Origin: Dimorphilus gyrociliatus
Lineage: Eukaryota; Animalia; Annelida
Reading direction: 5' to 3'
Assembly: GCA_904063045.1 (NCBI GenBank)
Contig: CAJFCJ010000003.1
Span: 1,178,001-1,242,000, forward strand
DNA: 64,000 nt
In this document: positions 13,740 through 28,169 of the stretch, piece after piece
Layout: every line of letters starts with the position of its first letter
Numbering within the stretch: position 1 is the stretch's first letter
Position numbers and translations under genes: made by a program
Notes under the pieces: model-generated
What the model was told of the DNA's origin: nothing
What the model saw: only the letters and a program-made list of their open reading frames with translations
Database searches by the model: none

Positions 13740-14560
13740 CCCTCTCTGGGAACAATAGCTCCTTAGGGTGAAAGCTGGGAAAAATTGCGGTTTTTTTGCA
13801 GTGCGTATATAATTAGCGAAATTTTCTCGCGCGCCGCTAATTAACCGATTTTCGCGAATACTTGACCAGTCCGACCCCGTCGGACCTTTTGATCCTCACA
13901 CGCAAGCGCGTTCCTCATTCGATTTCCGGTCACGTGATGCTTTGCAGTCATCAAAGTCTCCGCCGCGATGACGTCACGGGAGCGTTGGGCTAATTAATTA
14001 GCGCCTAATAGCGTTTGATTTCTTTTATTTTCTCTACTTGGTGCTTTGTAGCTGCTTCTTCGAGTGCTAATTGCTTTAAGTACGCGCTTTTCATTTAGTT
14101 TATTAAACGCTGCAGCGCTCGACGCGGTCACGTGACCACAGCGTCTGTTAGCCAACTGCGTGCACGCATCGGCGACTGTATAGCACCGAAACGTGCCAGG
14201 CGTCGGGGTGACGTCACATGTGCCGATGCCCTCATGCGTGAATTATTCGCGCTGACGTTTATTTGTTTGTTCATCGTTTTTATAGTTAATAATTTTCCCC
14301 CCCTTCGTCCATGTTTTTTCCCCAATTAGGCCGGGTAAAATGCGGAAGCAAGGGCGTCTCCTTATTTTCTCTTTTCCTCTCAAATCTATAGCAGTTTTTA
14401 ATACAATTGAAACAAAATTTATTTCGCTCAAAGTATACTTTTTTTTCGCACAGGTCGCCGTTGCGGTTGCAGAGTATTTTGCGGTGGAGTTGTAACGCCA
14501 CCTCGCGGTTGTTTGTCACAGCCGTAAATGTCAATAGCTGTTTGAAAATAGATTATACAC
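13740..14560. promoter_or_regulatory. Candidate enhancer island
   Basis: TCACGTGA at 13930 and 14128; TGACGTCA at 13969 and 14209; TCF-type CATCAAAG at ~13949; homeodomain palindrome GCTAATTAATTAGC at 13989-14002; Sox-type AACAATAG at ~13751. Confidence 0.6.
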
Positions 14561-16061
14561 GCATCCTACTCTGCAATTGACATTTACCTTTCGCAGACAC
14601 ACCTCGACAATTAACTCTTTGCCATTCAATCCATACAAAATTACGTCACACCGCAAAAAATGTCCTGCAGTGAAGTCTATTTACTCTGCTCATTCTTTTA
14701 TCTTCGCCTAAGTAAATATGGAGATGATTTTTCTTCTTAACTGCGCTCTTCCTCCACTTCATATGCTAAGATTCTTATTCTTTGATGCAACGATTCAGCC
14801 AATCATTAAAACAATCAAGAAGAGAAAGAGCAAGATAAAAAAGTAAAAGAATAAGTAAATCTCTAACAAAAACCTGGCCTATCGAATATTTTCGGTGACG
14901 TGAAATTGTTTTCTTACGGATTTCTTTCAATTTTTTTTCTCTTTTAATAAAGTAAATAATCGAAAATCAGAAAGGAAATTTTTTCTCTATCCCTAAAATA
15001 AACAATTCGTTTGGATATATTTTGCAATTAACTTTTCATTTAAACACTTCGTTTTTTTGCATTATCTTTTCATTTTTATAACTGAGGTGGTAGTAAAAAT
15101 ATTTATTCTATTTTTCTATATAAATAGATAATAAAAAAAAAGAGAGGAAAAAAAAATAGAAGAGTATTGAATATAAAAAATTATTAATAATCTCTTCTCT
15201 TCTTTCTCTTTTTTTTTCCTTAACTAGTTAATTTATTTCTAATGTACTTTTTTTCCCCACGTATAATTCACTCTCTCCCCATTTATCTAGTAAATAAGAC
15301 TTCTATATACTCTATCTGCTGTACAGTGTACATTTATTATAAAACAACCATCCTTTACCGAGTCTAGTCCATACTTTAGTATAGTTTGTTATATTATAAT
15401 AATAGGTTTACAATACCTTTTGTAAATTATCAAAATAAAAACAAACTACTACTATAGATAGTTTTTTAATTCTCTTTTTAAATCATTCAAAAAAAATGCT
15501 TATTATTATTTTTTTTGTACTGTAGATTTGGTAAAAGTTTATTTGATAGAATATATAAAGCCATAGCAAAAAGGAGTAGGTGGGGATTTTAATTGAAAAT
15601 AAAGAGTCATATAGTGATTAAAAGCAAGAAAGAGAGAGGGAGGAAAGGTAAGGAGAGACAGACAGAGAGAAAAAGAATAGAAAAATTGATTGCTTTCAAG
15701 GAAGACAGATACAAACTGTAAAGAGACCCGTATTTTCTATATACTTTCACTTTTAAATATAAAAAAGCGGAAATATAGACCTAAAAGTACGAGTTGTTTA
15801 TTGTTTATTTCAATATAGCGTTTTTTGTCTAGAAGCTTTTAGGCAAATATGAGATCGCCTTGGCAACAAAGCGATTTCTCTTGAATATCTTCCACTTCAG
15901 TTCGTTACTGAGCAAATAGAAACGCAAAGAGAATCGTCTAGGCAAATACATTGAAAATTTACACTTTTTAATTATATTTGAAGATTATATATATATATAT
16001 ATAGAAGGATAGATGTATAAGTTTATATAAATATCTACATTTATATAGTTTAGTGTTTGAT

Positions 16062-16063
<2 letters not shown>

Positions 16064-16105
<42 letters not shown>
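16064..16105. repeat. (TA)n microsatellite
   Basis: ~21 uninterrupted TA units. Confidence 0.95.
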
Positions 16106-16107
<2 letters not shown>

Positions 16108-18556
16108 TTTATATATATATATATGGTCTTATCAAGTGAAAAATTTCAAATAGTACGATAATAGCAATATTTATATAAATAAATATATAAACTTTCATTT
16201 GAATATTCACTACATCTATGCTTATACTATATCTTTGTATGTATTCACATGTATTATGTAAATCTCATTATAAAGGTGACAATTGCATTGTCTTGTTGTC
16301 CCAATACATAGCATTTGTCTAAGTTGCAGCGCAAATAGGATCGTATTGGCAATTAAATTTGTCTATATATGCAAATCTGATTACGTATAATATAAAACTA
16401 GCCGTATTTCGTATATTGAAATATATAATATATGGTTTTACATAAATATCTAAGTATCTATTTTTTTTTTTGGCTATTTTTCTTATGGATTATTAAGAAA
16501 AAAGAAAATATCTTGTTGTTTTTTTCTATTAAGGGTAATGGATATTTTTAAAAGTGAATAGAATTGTGACCGCATTGTATGATTCGTGATACCGAGTAAT
16601 CACGTGACCATTCACCTCGCAAGTCAAGAAGAAAGGAATCACTGGACAATTTGCATTCAATCCTTTCTTCTCAACCGCTCACCGTTTCTCTCATATAGTT
16701 TTTTTCCTTAGTAATAATTAATTGAAGATGAATGAATGAATGAATTATTTCCGCGATTTCATGCATCTCTACTCGCGCATGCGCTTCTCCTTGTAATTAT
16801 TTTGATATTTTCTATTTTTTGCTATATTCTCTGTCTATAGAAAAAAAATTCTCCCCCACTGGCCTTTTAAATATTAAGATATTGTTAAGCCTAGATGTTG
16901 GCTTTGAACAACAACTTGCTTACGGATAAATTTAGAATCACATGATGATAAAACTCTTAATTTCAGTAAACATGGGGATAATTTAGGTATTGTTTCAAGA
17001 ATTGCCATCCTGTTTACCTTCTACTCTCATTCCCCTTAGTTGTTTTTCTATAAAATTTTTTTATGGTAAGATGATAATGAATGCGATCCTCTATACAAAC
17101 AAAATCAAGTAATAGAGAGAGCAAGGAATATTGATTGTGTCACGTGATAATCGGGTTTTCGGTATCCCGTATAAGCTTAAGAAAAAAAGGTATAGGGATT
17201 TCCGAGCCGATCTTCCGTTCCTTCTCTAACTTCTAAGGAACAGAATCTCGTATGTCGATTATCGGGGAAAGGAAAAATCCGGTAAGAGCGGAACAAAAGA
17301 GGGTAAGGGTTAGCCGAAAGATTGTTGATTTGGAAAATGAAGAGAAAGAGGCATCGTAAGGAAAGGGTGAATAATAGAAGAATATGTAAGATCCCTTGCA
17401 TAAACACTTTTCGCCTCGATCGTTTCGACCCAGTTTTAGGAGCTAAAAGAAAAAATGACAAAAGCCGTTCAAAACCCATCACAAACCCTACGACGCGTGT
17501 CGTGTCCGGCAAAACGCGCGACCGACCGTAAAAGTCATTAAGGGCGGCGTTTGTCAAACGGCGAGTTAAACGCGCCCTAACAAGAATTAAAAAAAATCGG
17601 CTTTAGTATTCAAAGGAGGTTAGAGAGAAGAAAAAGAACTATAATCAAAGGGGATTTAAACACACCAAGACACCGAAGGATTTATAATAGAATGTCATGC
17701 CAGGGATAGTTAACGATCTGTACCCCCCTTAAACTACCAAATATATATACTATAATAAAACTGGGTGGAGTTGGTTTGAATGACGAGTAAAAATGCTCTT
17801 GGTTCTCGACTATAATTAAATACCCCTACTTTGGTTTTTATTTACCAACTATATATAAAATATACACTTTTATATTCTCCATAATTCCATATTCTCTGCA
17901 TGTTTTGCTAAATTGCTTTGCTTCTCTTCTCTTAGGTAACGTCAATGAATGACCTTAACAGTGGACAATAAACATACAAATTAAAATCTACGTCAGCTTG
18001 CGGTACGTTCGCCTTATTATCGACTGTAAGCTTTTCCAAAACTCACAGCTGCAAACGATTATCGGCAAAAGCTTGCTATAATTCTCTTTTAACACAAACG
18101 AATTCTAAAGCCGCCTACAATAAATATTCTTCTTTCCATTTATACTAGTGTGCGTGTGCTTTTCAAAGTGTATTGTGCCTTTTTCAATTAGATGGTATAG
18201 ATCGAATGTAGCTTTTGTTAATTCGGCTATACATATACAGCCGGGATTGTGCTGTCTGTTGCAGTTTTTCTACAAACTTTGCGGCGTTAGGATATATTAC
18301 TTAAAAGTTCACAATTTCCCATTTTAAAAATATCGTATCGAATTGAAAAAAATTCCTTTGTACTCGTGATGTCACAAAAACAGGTATTTATGAATAATTT
18401 ATGGCTTAGTCCAAAAAGCACTACGGCCAAATGTCTTGTATTGCGCAATCTGAATGGAATGTATATAAATTCTTGTAGACGTAGGCGTATATTCTATACA
18501 TATATATAGTATATAAGATTTATATATATATCTTGTATGCTATATATACTAATATA

Positions 18557-18559
<3 letters not shown>

Positions 18560-18610
<51 letters not shown>
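18560..18610. repeat. (TA)n microsatellite
   Basis: ~25 uninterrupted TA units; the longest I saw in the window. Confidence 0.95.
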
Positions 18611-18616
<6 letters not shown>

Positions 18617-20344
18617 AGAATATAATAATATATGCAGCCTACATATAGCTTCTCCAGACGCCCAATGCGTGTAGTTCAAGTGTAAAGGAATGTTTTTATA
18701 AGAAATTGCTTTACGCGTCTAAGATTTCGTCCTCCATACTGCCTGCATATATATTTAGAGATATATCTCTCAGTCTCCCTTTTCTCCATTTATCTCTTTA
18801 TCATTCCCTTCTACATCGATTGTTTTCTTATTGTAAATTACAAGTACATACCAAAATATTCTTCCCTTAAAAGACTCAGTTATAAGAGTGGAATTCTATC
18901 TTTAACGCTTAGTTTCTATTTAAATTCTTTGATCGAGGCGTTTAGTCGTTTAAAAGTATTGTGATTTTTCAAGCGCTTAATGAACTGTTTGAAATGATTT
19001 ACCAGTGCATCAATCACGAAACACTCAACTCGCTAAAACACCTTCTATTTTGAATTTCAGTATTTTTCCCCTTCTACATTTTCTTTAAAATATTATAAGC
19101 TATTAACAAACCGCTCGTTTTTAGAACAAAGTAATCATTAAAATCATCAAATCAATATCGGAACAACACTGCACCTGATTTATTAATGAATACCTGAGAC
19201 AATATAAATAATTAATAAGCTTGTTGAACAGAAAGAAATAAAGAATAAAAGAAATTTGTATATTTGTTTATGTTCATAAATTAAACTGCGTAAAATGATG
19301 GAGGTAGGGGGCGACAAGGGAAGAGAGGGACAGGAAGAAAGAAAGAGACAAGGGGAATTGAAGAAAAATAAAAAGAAAATGAAGAAGAAAAAGGAAAAAT
19401 GCAGAGTAAAAATATTAAAATAGTTCTGGTTCCCTAGTCACCCTATCAAAAAATATATAAAGAGCGCAGTTAAGTGTAAAGAATGTTTTCGTAAGGAATT
19501 TCGTCCTCTTGTCCCCATCTAGAATTTCACTTAATAACGCCCATATAATAAACACCTTGCAGCATGAATACGTAGCTGATTGCGCGAAATGATAAAAGGG
19601 CTCGTTGATTTTAGCTGTAACAAAAAAATGAGTAGAAGAGAAATGGAGCATTACTACCGATTCTGGAATACCGCAAAAGTGCGATGTTTTCTCTTTTTTC
19701 TTGTCGTGTGTACTTTTTTCTTTTATTACAATCCTTTTGATAATAGCGTGTAAAATTTCTTGTTGAGGATTTTCGAAATAATAAAACAATAATGCGAATC
19801 ACAGCTTCTAGCTAAAAGTCTGCATTATGCGATACTTTCTTGCGACGGAGGAGAAAACGAAGTTTATATAATGTATAGCGGCGTCTCCATTGTGGACGGT
19901 GAACACCCCGTCGTTCTACCGCAAATTACATTTTCGTCCTCCGTTCATTCCCCTAATGCAACTTGTTTCTAAAGTGATTAAGAGCCGCCTTGCGCAGACG
20001 CGAGTCGGCGAAAGAACAAAAGAATTTTCATATATATATTTTAAAGAGTTCAGCCGACTCTTCTCTTTAATAATGATCCGATTGCTCTCCCGCAGTGAAC
20101 ATTCAAACAATGGGACAATTGTCGAGCCCGCGTTCCGTTGCTGGTGACTAATTGAAATACATTTTGTTTCGCCAATTCGCAATATCGCAGCCGACCTTTA
20201 ACCCGTTTTCTTAAACGTCCGCCCAAAAATAACAAACTGTAAGGAGACACGCCCCTGGCTACTGTAACAACAGCATAAAACGAGCTTGTATCTTGCCAAC
20301 AATCTGTAAGAGACAGCTGTTTAAGACGGGCTATATAAATAGAC

Positions 20345-20388
<44 letters not shown>

Positions 20389-23300
20389 CCGCCTACAATC
20401 TTAAATCTAAACATAAAAATTCAATTTCATATTTTAATAACCAACCTACAAAAAGTCTTGTTGAAACTTTTTTGCTAATGGGTGTTGCGATTACCATACT
20501 TTTTATAACGTTTAATAACTTTACAAAACGATTAAGACGCTATAACTCTATAGAAATTCCCAATTTTACAAGCTTTAAAGGCCTTTTTTTGGAATTTTTC
20601 TTGATAATTAAAAGAATTTTAAATAGATAATAAACTTATATATATATATAGAAAATATACGTTTTTATATAATAGAATATGCATTCCATATTTGAAGCAA
20701 GGAGGACGGGAAATTAAAATCTTATTCTATTACGTAATTATGCAAATTGCAATAGTAGCTTGAATTGTTGGATTGATTACCCAGGAGTATGATATTTATA
20801 TATATGGAGGGAATCTTTGTCTTCAATAAAAATTTAATAGATTTTGAAGAGGTACACTTTAGGCTATAGTTAGCTTTATATGGTCACCGTAGCGTATACA
20901 TTCTGGACAATGAATCAATAATATTTACGTTTGTATTTGAAAGAAATCCTTTGAAAATGTTCCTCCCAATGAGAAATTTAACTCTTCTTGGTCAGTAAAT
21001 GAAGAGAGAGAAAAAACAGAATAGAAACTGTTACTCCTCTTCTAATTTAAAAAAAATTCTCTCCCTCCTCCTCTAAAAATAGGTCTTTTGTGAAGAATTT
21101 TATGCAAATTAGTTTTTCCCTTTCTTCTCTTTCTTTCTCTTTGTGCTAGTTTATTTTTCAACACCATCGTACTCGTTGAGATGGGGGGAAGAGTTCTCTT
21201 GCCTTGGGCTTATCAAAAATAGAAAGAGAAACGAAGGAAGAGGGGGTACGGAAAATATTTCTATTAGTTAGACTTAGACTCATTTCTTATATCAGTTGAA
21301 TTCCATCTCGGGGAGATAAAACCTATTGGATTTCTTATATGATATCAAATTATATAAGCATATCTACGTTAAAAGGTTATATAAACAATTTAACGAGCTA
21401 CCTATTATTGACTACTTACCTCTATTGGTCAGTGTATACAGTATGGACTACTACAATGAACCTATTCAAAATGTGCAATGACTAGACTGGCCATATTTTT
21501 TGTGTAATATCAATGGACAAAATTAATTTCCGATTATTTCTTTAACGCTTTATTTAACTATTTATTAATTAAGTAATAACAAGATACGGGGTTTCTAAAA
21601 AAAAAAGGGTGCAAGAGTGCGGATGAGAGGTTAAAAAAGAGGATTATCTATCAAACAATTAAATAATCCGTAAGAATTTTAGTTCAGTTCACTTCAAACC
21701 CACTTTTCACCTCTTGTACTAAAAGAATCGCTCAAAATGGAGTAGGGATAAACTAGTAGTTCTTACTTTAGTGCCATAGCGTCAAAAAGCATTCTTCTAG
21801 GCTATGGAAAGAAAGGGCGAAAGGGCTACTGAAAGAAAAAAAGGGCTGGGTACTTGAAAGAGGTTCCTTTCTGAAAAAAACGTCGAACGCATCTGTACAT
21901 TTCTCTTGCCTCTTCAATTCTATTCAGGTGGGAAGAACGGCAGTTGCTGCTCCCTTTTCATTTAGTGCGTGCACGCGCTCATAATCGAAACGAGATTAGA
22001 ATTTAATCCTGTCGTATTTGCCCTTGTTGAAAAAAATGAGAAGAAAAGCGAATGACCGTGAAAAACTCTATTAGTTCTACCCTCAGCAAGCCTCTTCCTC
22101 TTTTCATCAAACTGTAAACCTTTTCTCCTCTTTTTCCTTCTGCTAGGCTCTTTCTAACAGGTGTTACATTTTTATGCACATATATACGACCGGTCGTAAA
22201 TGTTCTTTATTTACCGCCTCCTCTTACTCTAAATTCTACTATTTATATCTTGATTGGTAACTGATAGAAGAGTTATAAAATACAGAAGGGAAAGTAGAAA
22301 GGTAGCGACTTTTTTGAAAGGCCTTTAAAAAAAATCGAATTACGTTGAATCACAAAAAAAGGGAGAAGGAACGAAAGGGTATTTCTCTTTGCTTGCTCCC
22401 ATTTCTACTATCGGGGGGCGGGGGGAGGTCGACCTTACGCGTCAAGTGTGGATAAAAACTTAAATATTCGACTGTCGCGTGCTTGAACGCATTCGAATAT
22501 GAACGGGGTATAGAAAAAAGGGGGCCTATTCAGTGGAACTTTTGCGAAAATTGCCAGGGCGCCTCTCGTCTTTTCAAAATTGCCGACGCGAGACGAATAA
22601 TTCTTTCTTCTCCCCGTCTTTCCACCTCCCACTACCCCTTCCTTTTTTTAACTATATTTTTTACTTAGAGTGTAAAAACCTTTTGCGAATATTTTAAATA
22701 TTCAAGCAGAAGACTGGTTGATTGTTCCACGATGCCTTTTAATTAAATGACGCCGAGTGTGCCATTATATTATTCAGATATATATTGTGTGCCTGTACGA
22801 AAAGAATTTTTATAAATACATAGATGAATAATTAGATACAATGTTTATCCATGTGAAGGTACACTTGACGATTTGTATAGAATTTGATACCTATTTCGAA
22901 AGGTTGCTAATTAATTCTTCATATAGTACAAAGATGTACGGTGTTAGAGAGGTGCTAAGACTCTAGGTGGGAATAAGAAACATAAGGGGGAGTAGAATAA
23001 AAGATAAGTAGTCTATGTTGTGTTTTATTATGGTCCTTAATTGAACAGTTAACCTTTTTCTTTTTATCAATAATAGAAGGGACTGTATAAATTAAAAGTG
23101 CTTACCTATAAAGGGGCTGATAGTCTATTCAAACTTTTTGAAATGAAACTGCCGTTTAACTGAAAATGTAACAACTTGTAAAAGAATAAAAAAAGAGAAG
23201 AGAAATTGTTTTGAAAAATGGCATTTAAACGATTTTAGAGTGTCGTTATGGGTCGAATAGCCTTCAGTTTATATAGATAAACATTAAAAATATATTTAGA

Positions 23301-25681
23301 CTTAATGTATACAGTAGCTTTTGGGGGATGTATAGAAATTGAACATTTTATCCCTAACGAGATTTATTCCTCCTCCTCTTGTCTTTCCCTCTCTTATACT
23401 CTTACATAATCGCACGCAGGTGCGGTAGTTTTCGTGGTTTTCTTATCTGACTCGTTTAAGATAATTATCCGCCTTTCTACTGTCTTATTAGATTACGTCA
23501 TTATGACGTCATAAGCCCGGCGGGCGTTGAATGACACGAATGAGGAATTTTATTAGGTTTTATTCTTTTACCCTCCAAGACGACGGGTAAAGGGAAAACA
23601 TACGGATTTTGACGGTATGTAAACGTTCTTTACGGGAAAGTAGAACGTCACCTGCGTGCAAGGATAATATAGTTCAGATATTTATCATCCTTATCTTACT
23701 TGAAATGTAAAACCTTGCGTTCACGAAGTTTTCTTGAACCCTCCTAAAAAACTGATTCTTATCAAAGTCTATTCATAAAATACAGTGGATCATGTTCTTG
23801 TTTTATTTAACTCGCCTTAAATAAGGAATAGCTCAAAGTTTGTTAACCAAAACAGAAAAAAAACAAATTAAAAGCCAAAAAGGATTAAATAGAGATAAAT
23901 TAACGATCGGATTAGGCTAAATTATTTATTAATCTATTTGGGATTTTTGCCGTTTATATCGTTCGATAATCTGACAGCGCCCAGCTTGAGAGGATTATGA
24001 AAATTGAGTAGATTATCAGGGCGATAAATCGGACGAAAATCCTATGATTAACATTTATAGCAGCGGGGTGAAGTTTTTACTGATAAATATTCAACAAAAG
24101 CCGTAATCTAATACCAGAGTTCGTAATTTTCGGTACATATCTGAATTGATCTTCATTAGGTACCAAACTTTGTAACATTAAACTTCATTGGCAGTCGATA
24201 TGTCCTATATCTTTATTTCAGCGAAGGTGTGTGATTGAAAAACGTTTCTTCTAATAAAAAAGAGGAAGAAGAGGTAGAAGAAGACGAAGAAGAAAATTGA
24301 GAAGGAAAAAGAAGAAGAAATCAATATTGTTTAATAAACTACCCGTATTTTTCTATTAATAAATGATATCTAAGAAAAATAAATACAAACTCTGTGACGT
24401 ATTGTATAAAAAGGTATATAGAAAATATCAATATTTGGATCCTTAAACGCCTTTAATAGCTTTAGTTATTTTTAAAACGAAATAATGAGAAGTTCGCGTG
24501 AAGAAGAGATTGTTTACCCTCGCGACCGTATAATTACAGAGCTCTGAATAGACGACGAAAAATTAATAGGCATCGCTTGACCGCCTTAACGTTTGAATCG
24601 CCTGATTTTTTATAAGTATATAAAAAGGTGAATAGCTTGCAACTCTTTTTTTTCTACCTTCGCCTGCCTCTCTTCGCCTCCCCTCTCCTCCCTTCCCCCC
24701 CACAAGTTTTCTCTCACACATAACTCTACCACCCCCTTCTAAACCCCCCACCATCTATTGATACTAATGTATATTATATGATGAACGTATAATTTATAAT
24801 AAAATGAGTAAAAAGGACAAATATTTTATAAAGAATATGAAAAAAGCAAAAAAAAGGATAAAAAACAAGCAGCAGTAAACTGTTACAAGTATGAGAGGTG
24901 ATTTCAATACAGCTCTGGCTCCTGAAAAAATTTGCATAAGAATCGGCCCTCATCAAACTCCTACAATACAATGTGCCCTTAGGCCGCTGAACGGCGCAGC
25001 TAGGCAATTAAAATCGGTAGAAAAATTTAAAAACACGCAAGCCGTGAGAATTACGGCGTTGAAATTGCCTACTGCTTGTCAAGATTTCCTAAGATACGAC
25101 CGTAATAAACCTTTTTGTAGTTCCCTTTTAAAGGGCCGCCAATTTTTTTCTTTTTCATTTCTCCTCTCTTTCTATATTTTCCCTTCCTGTTCTTAAAATT
25201 TCTTCTCCTGATTACTCTAGTTAAGTTTATCAATCTGTATCCACCCATTTCCACCCCCTACCCCTTTAATTTTAGTAAGAAAAAACCAATTTCTTTTTTG
25301 GTCTTTTATAGTAGTATTAAATACCGTGTTATTTAAATTTTCAACATTTTAAAGATTATAAGAAGTGAAGTAGGCGAAAGGGAGATAGAGAGATACGTTT
25401 CTTAAAACGAAAGCTCCGCTCTATTGAATTATTTCTATTCATGTCAAACGCACGTATGACCTTGAATGCGGATGTTTGAATGGAATTTAACATAATAAGG
25501 TTCAACGTACTAATTGCGGTTGTACTTTTAAAGCATATTTCCTCTTTACTCGACATATCTTGTTTACTCAAGAAATTTTTCGACATAAGATTTAGTAAAG
25601 AACTGTCATTAGGCAAGAAAAAAATCTAGGTTTTCAATAAGACTTAAGAAGGAAAAGGGAGAAATATATAGAAAAAATTAC

Positions 25682-25740
25682 GAGAGGGAGAGAGAGAGAG
25701 AGAGAGAGAAAGAAAGAAAGAGAGAAAGAGGTAGAGAAGA
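25682..25740 (+). repeat. (GA)n/(GAAA)n purine tract
   Basis: Read directly from the sequence. Confidence 0.85.
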
Positions 25741-28169
25741 ATTAAAAGAGAACCAATGTTAAAATATAAAGGGAAAGTGGCATTTTTTTCTCTACAATTG
25801 TTTCATGTGGCCGAAAATTTTTCGCAATTGCTTTTAATTGAATTAAATTAGTTAAATTACAGTACTTACTCATCAAGATTTCTGTTTGAGTATAGATTGG
25901 GTGAGAGTTCTAATTATTCTTAATTAGGGTGGCTGTAATTTTAAATTAAAAAACAATTGTTTCCTAAAATTTCTTAGGACAATATTTATCTAAAGATCAA
26001 ATATCTAGCGTCACCAGACGTCATAGGATAAAAATCCGTTGAGGAGAGATAATTCCGGCAGAGTTCAGTCGGATTCTAAACGAATGTTTAGAAATGTAAT
26101 TAGGGGGTGGTGAATAGAGTAATCGGAGATGAACATTCGTCATCACGTTCCTTTCGAAAGACGCCACAATGACCGTCTTCTTTTTAGTAAATACGTCAAA
26201 TGTGGTTGGGAATAAATTAGATGGAAGGTGTGAAGGGAAACGCTCGAGTACCTAGCCTCTTATAAATGAAAATTTTTAATTTCCTATTTATATAAATCGA
26301 TATATTTCCTTTACCCTCTTCAAGTTTTTTTATCTTCTCCTCTTCATCCTAAGCCGTTAAAATGCCTTTTTTTTTCTTTCCTTTATTCTATTAGAAGAAT
26401 AAATTTAATCAATTTAAAACTAATTTGAATATTTCCTCTTTATTCTTTTATTCTTTTAATTCCATAGGTAAAAAAAAAACAAAGAGAGAAAAATGAGTAA
26501 AACGATGAATACTACGGAGTAGACTACCGTGAAATAACGTCTCCTGAGGAAATATACGTCAAAGATCATGATAAAATTATTCATACAAAAAAGAAGAAGA
26601 AGAGGGAATAGCGGGAATTGCACAACTTAATTCATTGCTTTACAAAAGATGCGACAAGGACGTCTTATTGAGGAAATTTACATCCAATAGAATCTTGAAT
26701 AAATTAAGATTTTATTATAAAAGAAGAAAGCAAATTGGTAAATTTTATTATGGTAAAACTACTTTACGATTTGAATATAACGTAAATTGTTATTATTTAA
26801 CAGAAAACTGAAAAAGGAGGACAATTTCTATAAATATTTTAATAAACTTGATGAAGATCGTTGAAATTTGATATCTTTATATGAATATCTAATGAAAGGA
26901 AATAGGCTTTAATTCATTTGACCTTCGTAATTACAATTAGGTAGAAAAGTTTATTGAATAACAAAATAGAGAGAAAGTAGGTTAGGGTCTTTCTATTATT
27001 ATTATTATTATCATCACTCAAGCGTAGTCTATGCAAATTAAGTTTCTGTTAAAGCTTAGTGATTGAACGATGACATGGCAATTTTATTCAATTTTTTTAA
27101 CTTGAAGAAAATATATGGGTGTAATAAATTTTTTTTTAAGTTGTAAAAAATAACCTAATTAGTAAAGAATTTATTTAAATATATTCTAGTTATTTATTTA
27201 TATAAATACTATATGTACAAAAGTCTATAATGATTAAATCAGGTGTTTCAAGTGCGGTTTAAGAAGGTTAAATGTCGGCTTTTTTCCTTTAAGAAAGATT
27301 GAAAAGAGACAGAAATAAACAGCTTCTCCGCGGCCAAAATAAAAAAATCAGCGGGAGTGAACGTCATCTTCGGGAACTTCTAAAATTTCATGACACATTT
27401 AGAACGCTCATCAGTTTGGACAGCTTGAATGACGTTTGATTGAACGGGTGACACTCGCAAGAAGGACCATCGCTTTCCAAATGACCGATTCGCGACCTTA
27501 GAAGGCCACACGCAAAAATGAATTCCCACATCTTAAAAAATATTTTTGTTACTTAGAGCATGCCATCATTAGATCAAAAGTAAGAATGTTAAAGATAGAA
27601 TTAAGTATACTTTATATATATATATATTATATTAAACGGCAGCGTTAATATATTTTATTATTTGGCAACAATAATGCGGTTAATATATTCAATAGGTATG
27701 CAAATTAAACCGCAGGTGAAAAAAAAAAATTTTCGCCGTGTAGCAAGTAGCTGCCGGTTATATTACACCCATCCATCATTTTCAGTTGACAATGATAGAT
27801 TCTGCGATTGTAACTATTCCCCTAAGCCTATATATAAATATATACAACAGTATATATCACATGCTTACTATTCATACATCTTAGGATGATCGTGTAAATG
27901 TATATAGACAGTTAAATTAAGGAAGAAGAACAACTATAGATGTACAATTTTATAGCAAATATGAAAGAGGGCGATTTTAACGCAGAGTTATGTCTGTTGT
28001 AGTTCAACTATCTTTCGTTTCTGTCTCATTTTTCTGGACTACGGCCAAAAACTGAATTTTCTTCTTTATACTATTTTTACTTATTCTTTCTATCTTCTTC
28101 CCCGCTCTCTCTCTTTCTCTCTTTCAATTTCTTATTCACTCTTTTATACATTCATTCTCTCATTTTTTT

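Noticed and set aside
17306-17313. CTAACCCT on the minus strand as a telomerase RNA template
   Set aside because: An 8-nt match is expected by chance; I found no pseudoknot or H/ACA features.
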